Assembly (NCBI GenBank): GCA_000993615.1
Contig: LBWM01000003.1
Location: forward strand, 16,125 to 80,124
Length of the DNA: 64,000 bases
Direction: 5' to 3'
Source: Candidatus Peregrinibacteria bacterium GW2011_GWF2_39_17
GTDB taxonomy: Bacteria; Patescibacteriota; Gracilibacteria; UBA1369; UBA12473
Positions 63,617 to 64,000 of the stretch are shown in pieces; the first letter of the stretch is position 1; each line of letters starts with the position of its first letter. Made by a program: the position numbers and the translations under genes. The notes beneath the pieces are model-generated. The model was not told the DNA's origin and searched no databases. It saw only the letters and a program-made list of their open reading frames with translations.

Positions 63617-63649
63617 TTGACATTCAAAATCAAAAGACTAAATTTAGTC
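63617..63649 (+). promoter_or_regulatory. sigma70 promoter with a palindrome over the -10
   Basis: TTGACA-16 nt-TAAATT and GACTAAATTTAGTC palindrome at 63636-63649. Confidence 0.6.
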
Positions 63650-63664
63650 CGTAAAAAAATTAAA

Positions 63665-64000
63665 TACGCACGCCTAGGGCACTGCGTAAACAGTAGGGAA
63701 CTGACTGACTTTGAAGGATCATCTTCTCGCTCTCAAAGGCGCTCACTCCCTGAGGTTTACTCGGGCTCTACGACGATTCGTAGCGTACATCTCCTTTCCT
63801 TTGCGGCATTTATTAGTGATTTTATATGCCCTAAAGGAAAGGGTGGTGTGGGCTCAAACCGTGGTAGGGTTGTTCCTTACCAACGCGGAGAGTCCACACG
63901 AAGGTAAAATTCGAAAAATGGGGAAACCCATGCGCCGTAAGGCACTTTCGAATTCGCAGTTGAGCTGTAAAAAGATCGTCCACTTTTGGACGAAAATATC
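63665..64000 (+). ncRNA. Candidate large structured non-coding RNA, family unassigned, may continue past the window
   Basis: Multi-branch fold closed by ACTGCG/CGCAGT, at least six helices, GAAA and GTAA tetraloops, upstream promoter. Confidence 0.65.

Noticed and set aside
63617..63907. 96-aa ORF
   Set aside because: Its start codon is the -35 box and the sequence is better explained by RNA structure

Overview
AT-rich bacterial chromosome segment read in genetic code 11. The gene set (SLH proteins, stand-alone VirB4-like ATPase, prepilin peptidase, AT-rich leaders mostly without Shine-Dalgarno) suggests a Patescibacteria/CPR genome, perhaps Peregrinibacteria-like; this is inference. The centre (about 12-52 kb) is mostly housekeeping and envelope genes: gyrB, gyrA, rpmE, aroC, tgt, ruvA, glmS, pyk, ruvC, pilD, gpmI, manC and secDF. 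The left end (0-12 kb) is accessory. It holds an MTase-Mrr-like nuclease fusion behind a switch-like RNA leader, a GC-richer pair of divergent TIR-like genes, a lytic transglycosylase-SGNH esterase fusion and three Cys-His-Asp (papain/transglutaminase-fold) proteins. The right end (53.6-63.5 kb) is an island at tRNA-Gly(CCC). A type I R-M locus there is bracketed by ~170-195 bp inverted repeats, a 9-bp tRNA-end core (GCTTGGAGC) occurs three times, and a serine recombinase is broken at the tRNA. The window ends in an unassigned, highly structured RNA candidate (about 63.65 kb to the window end).
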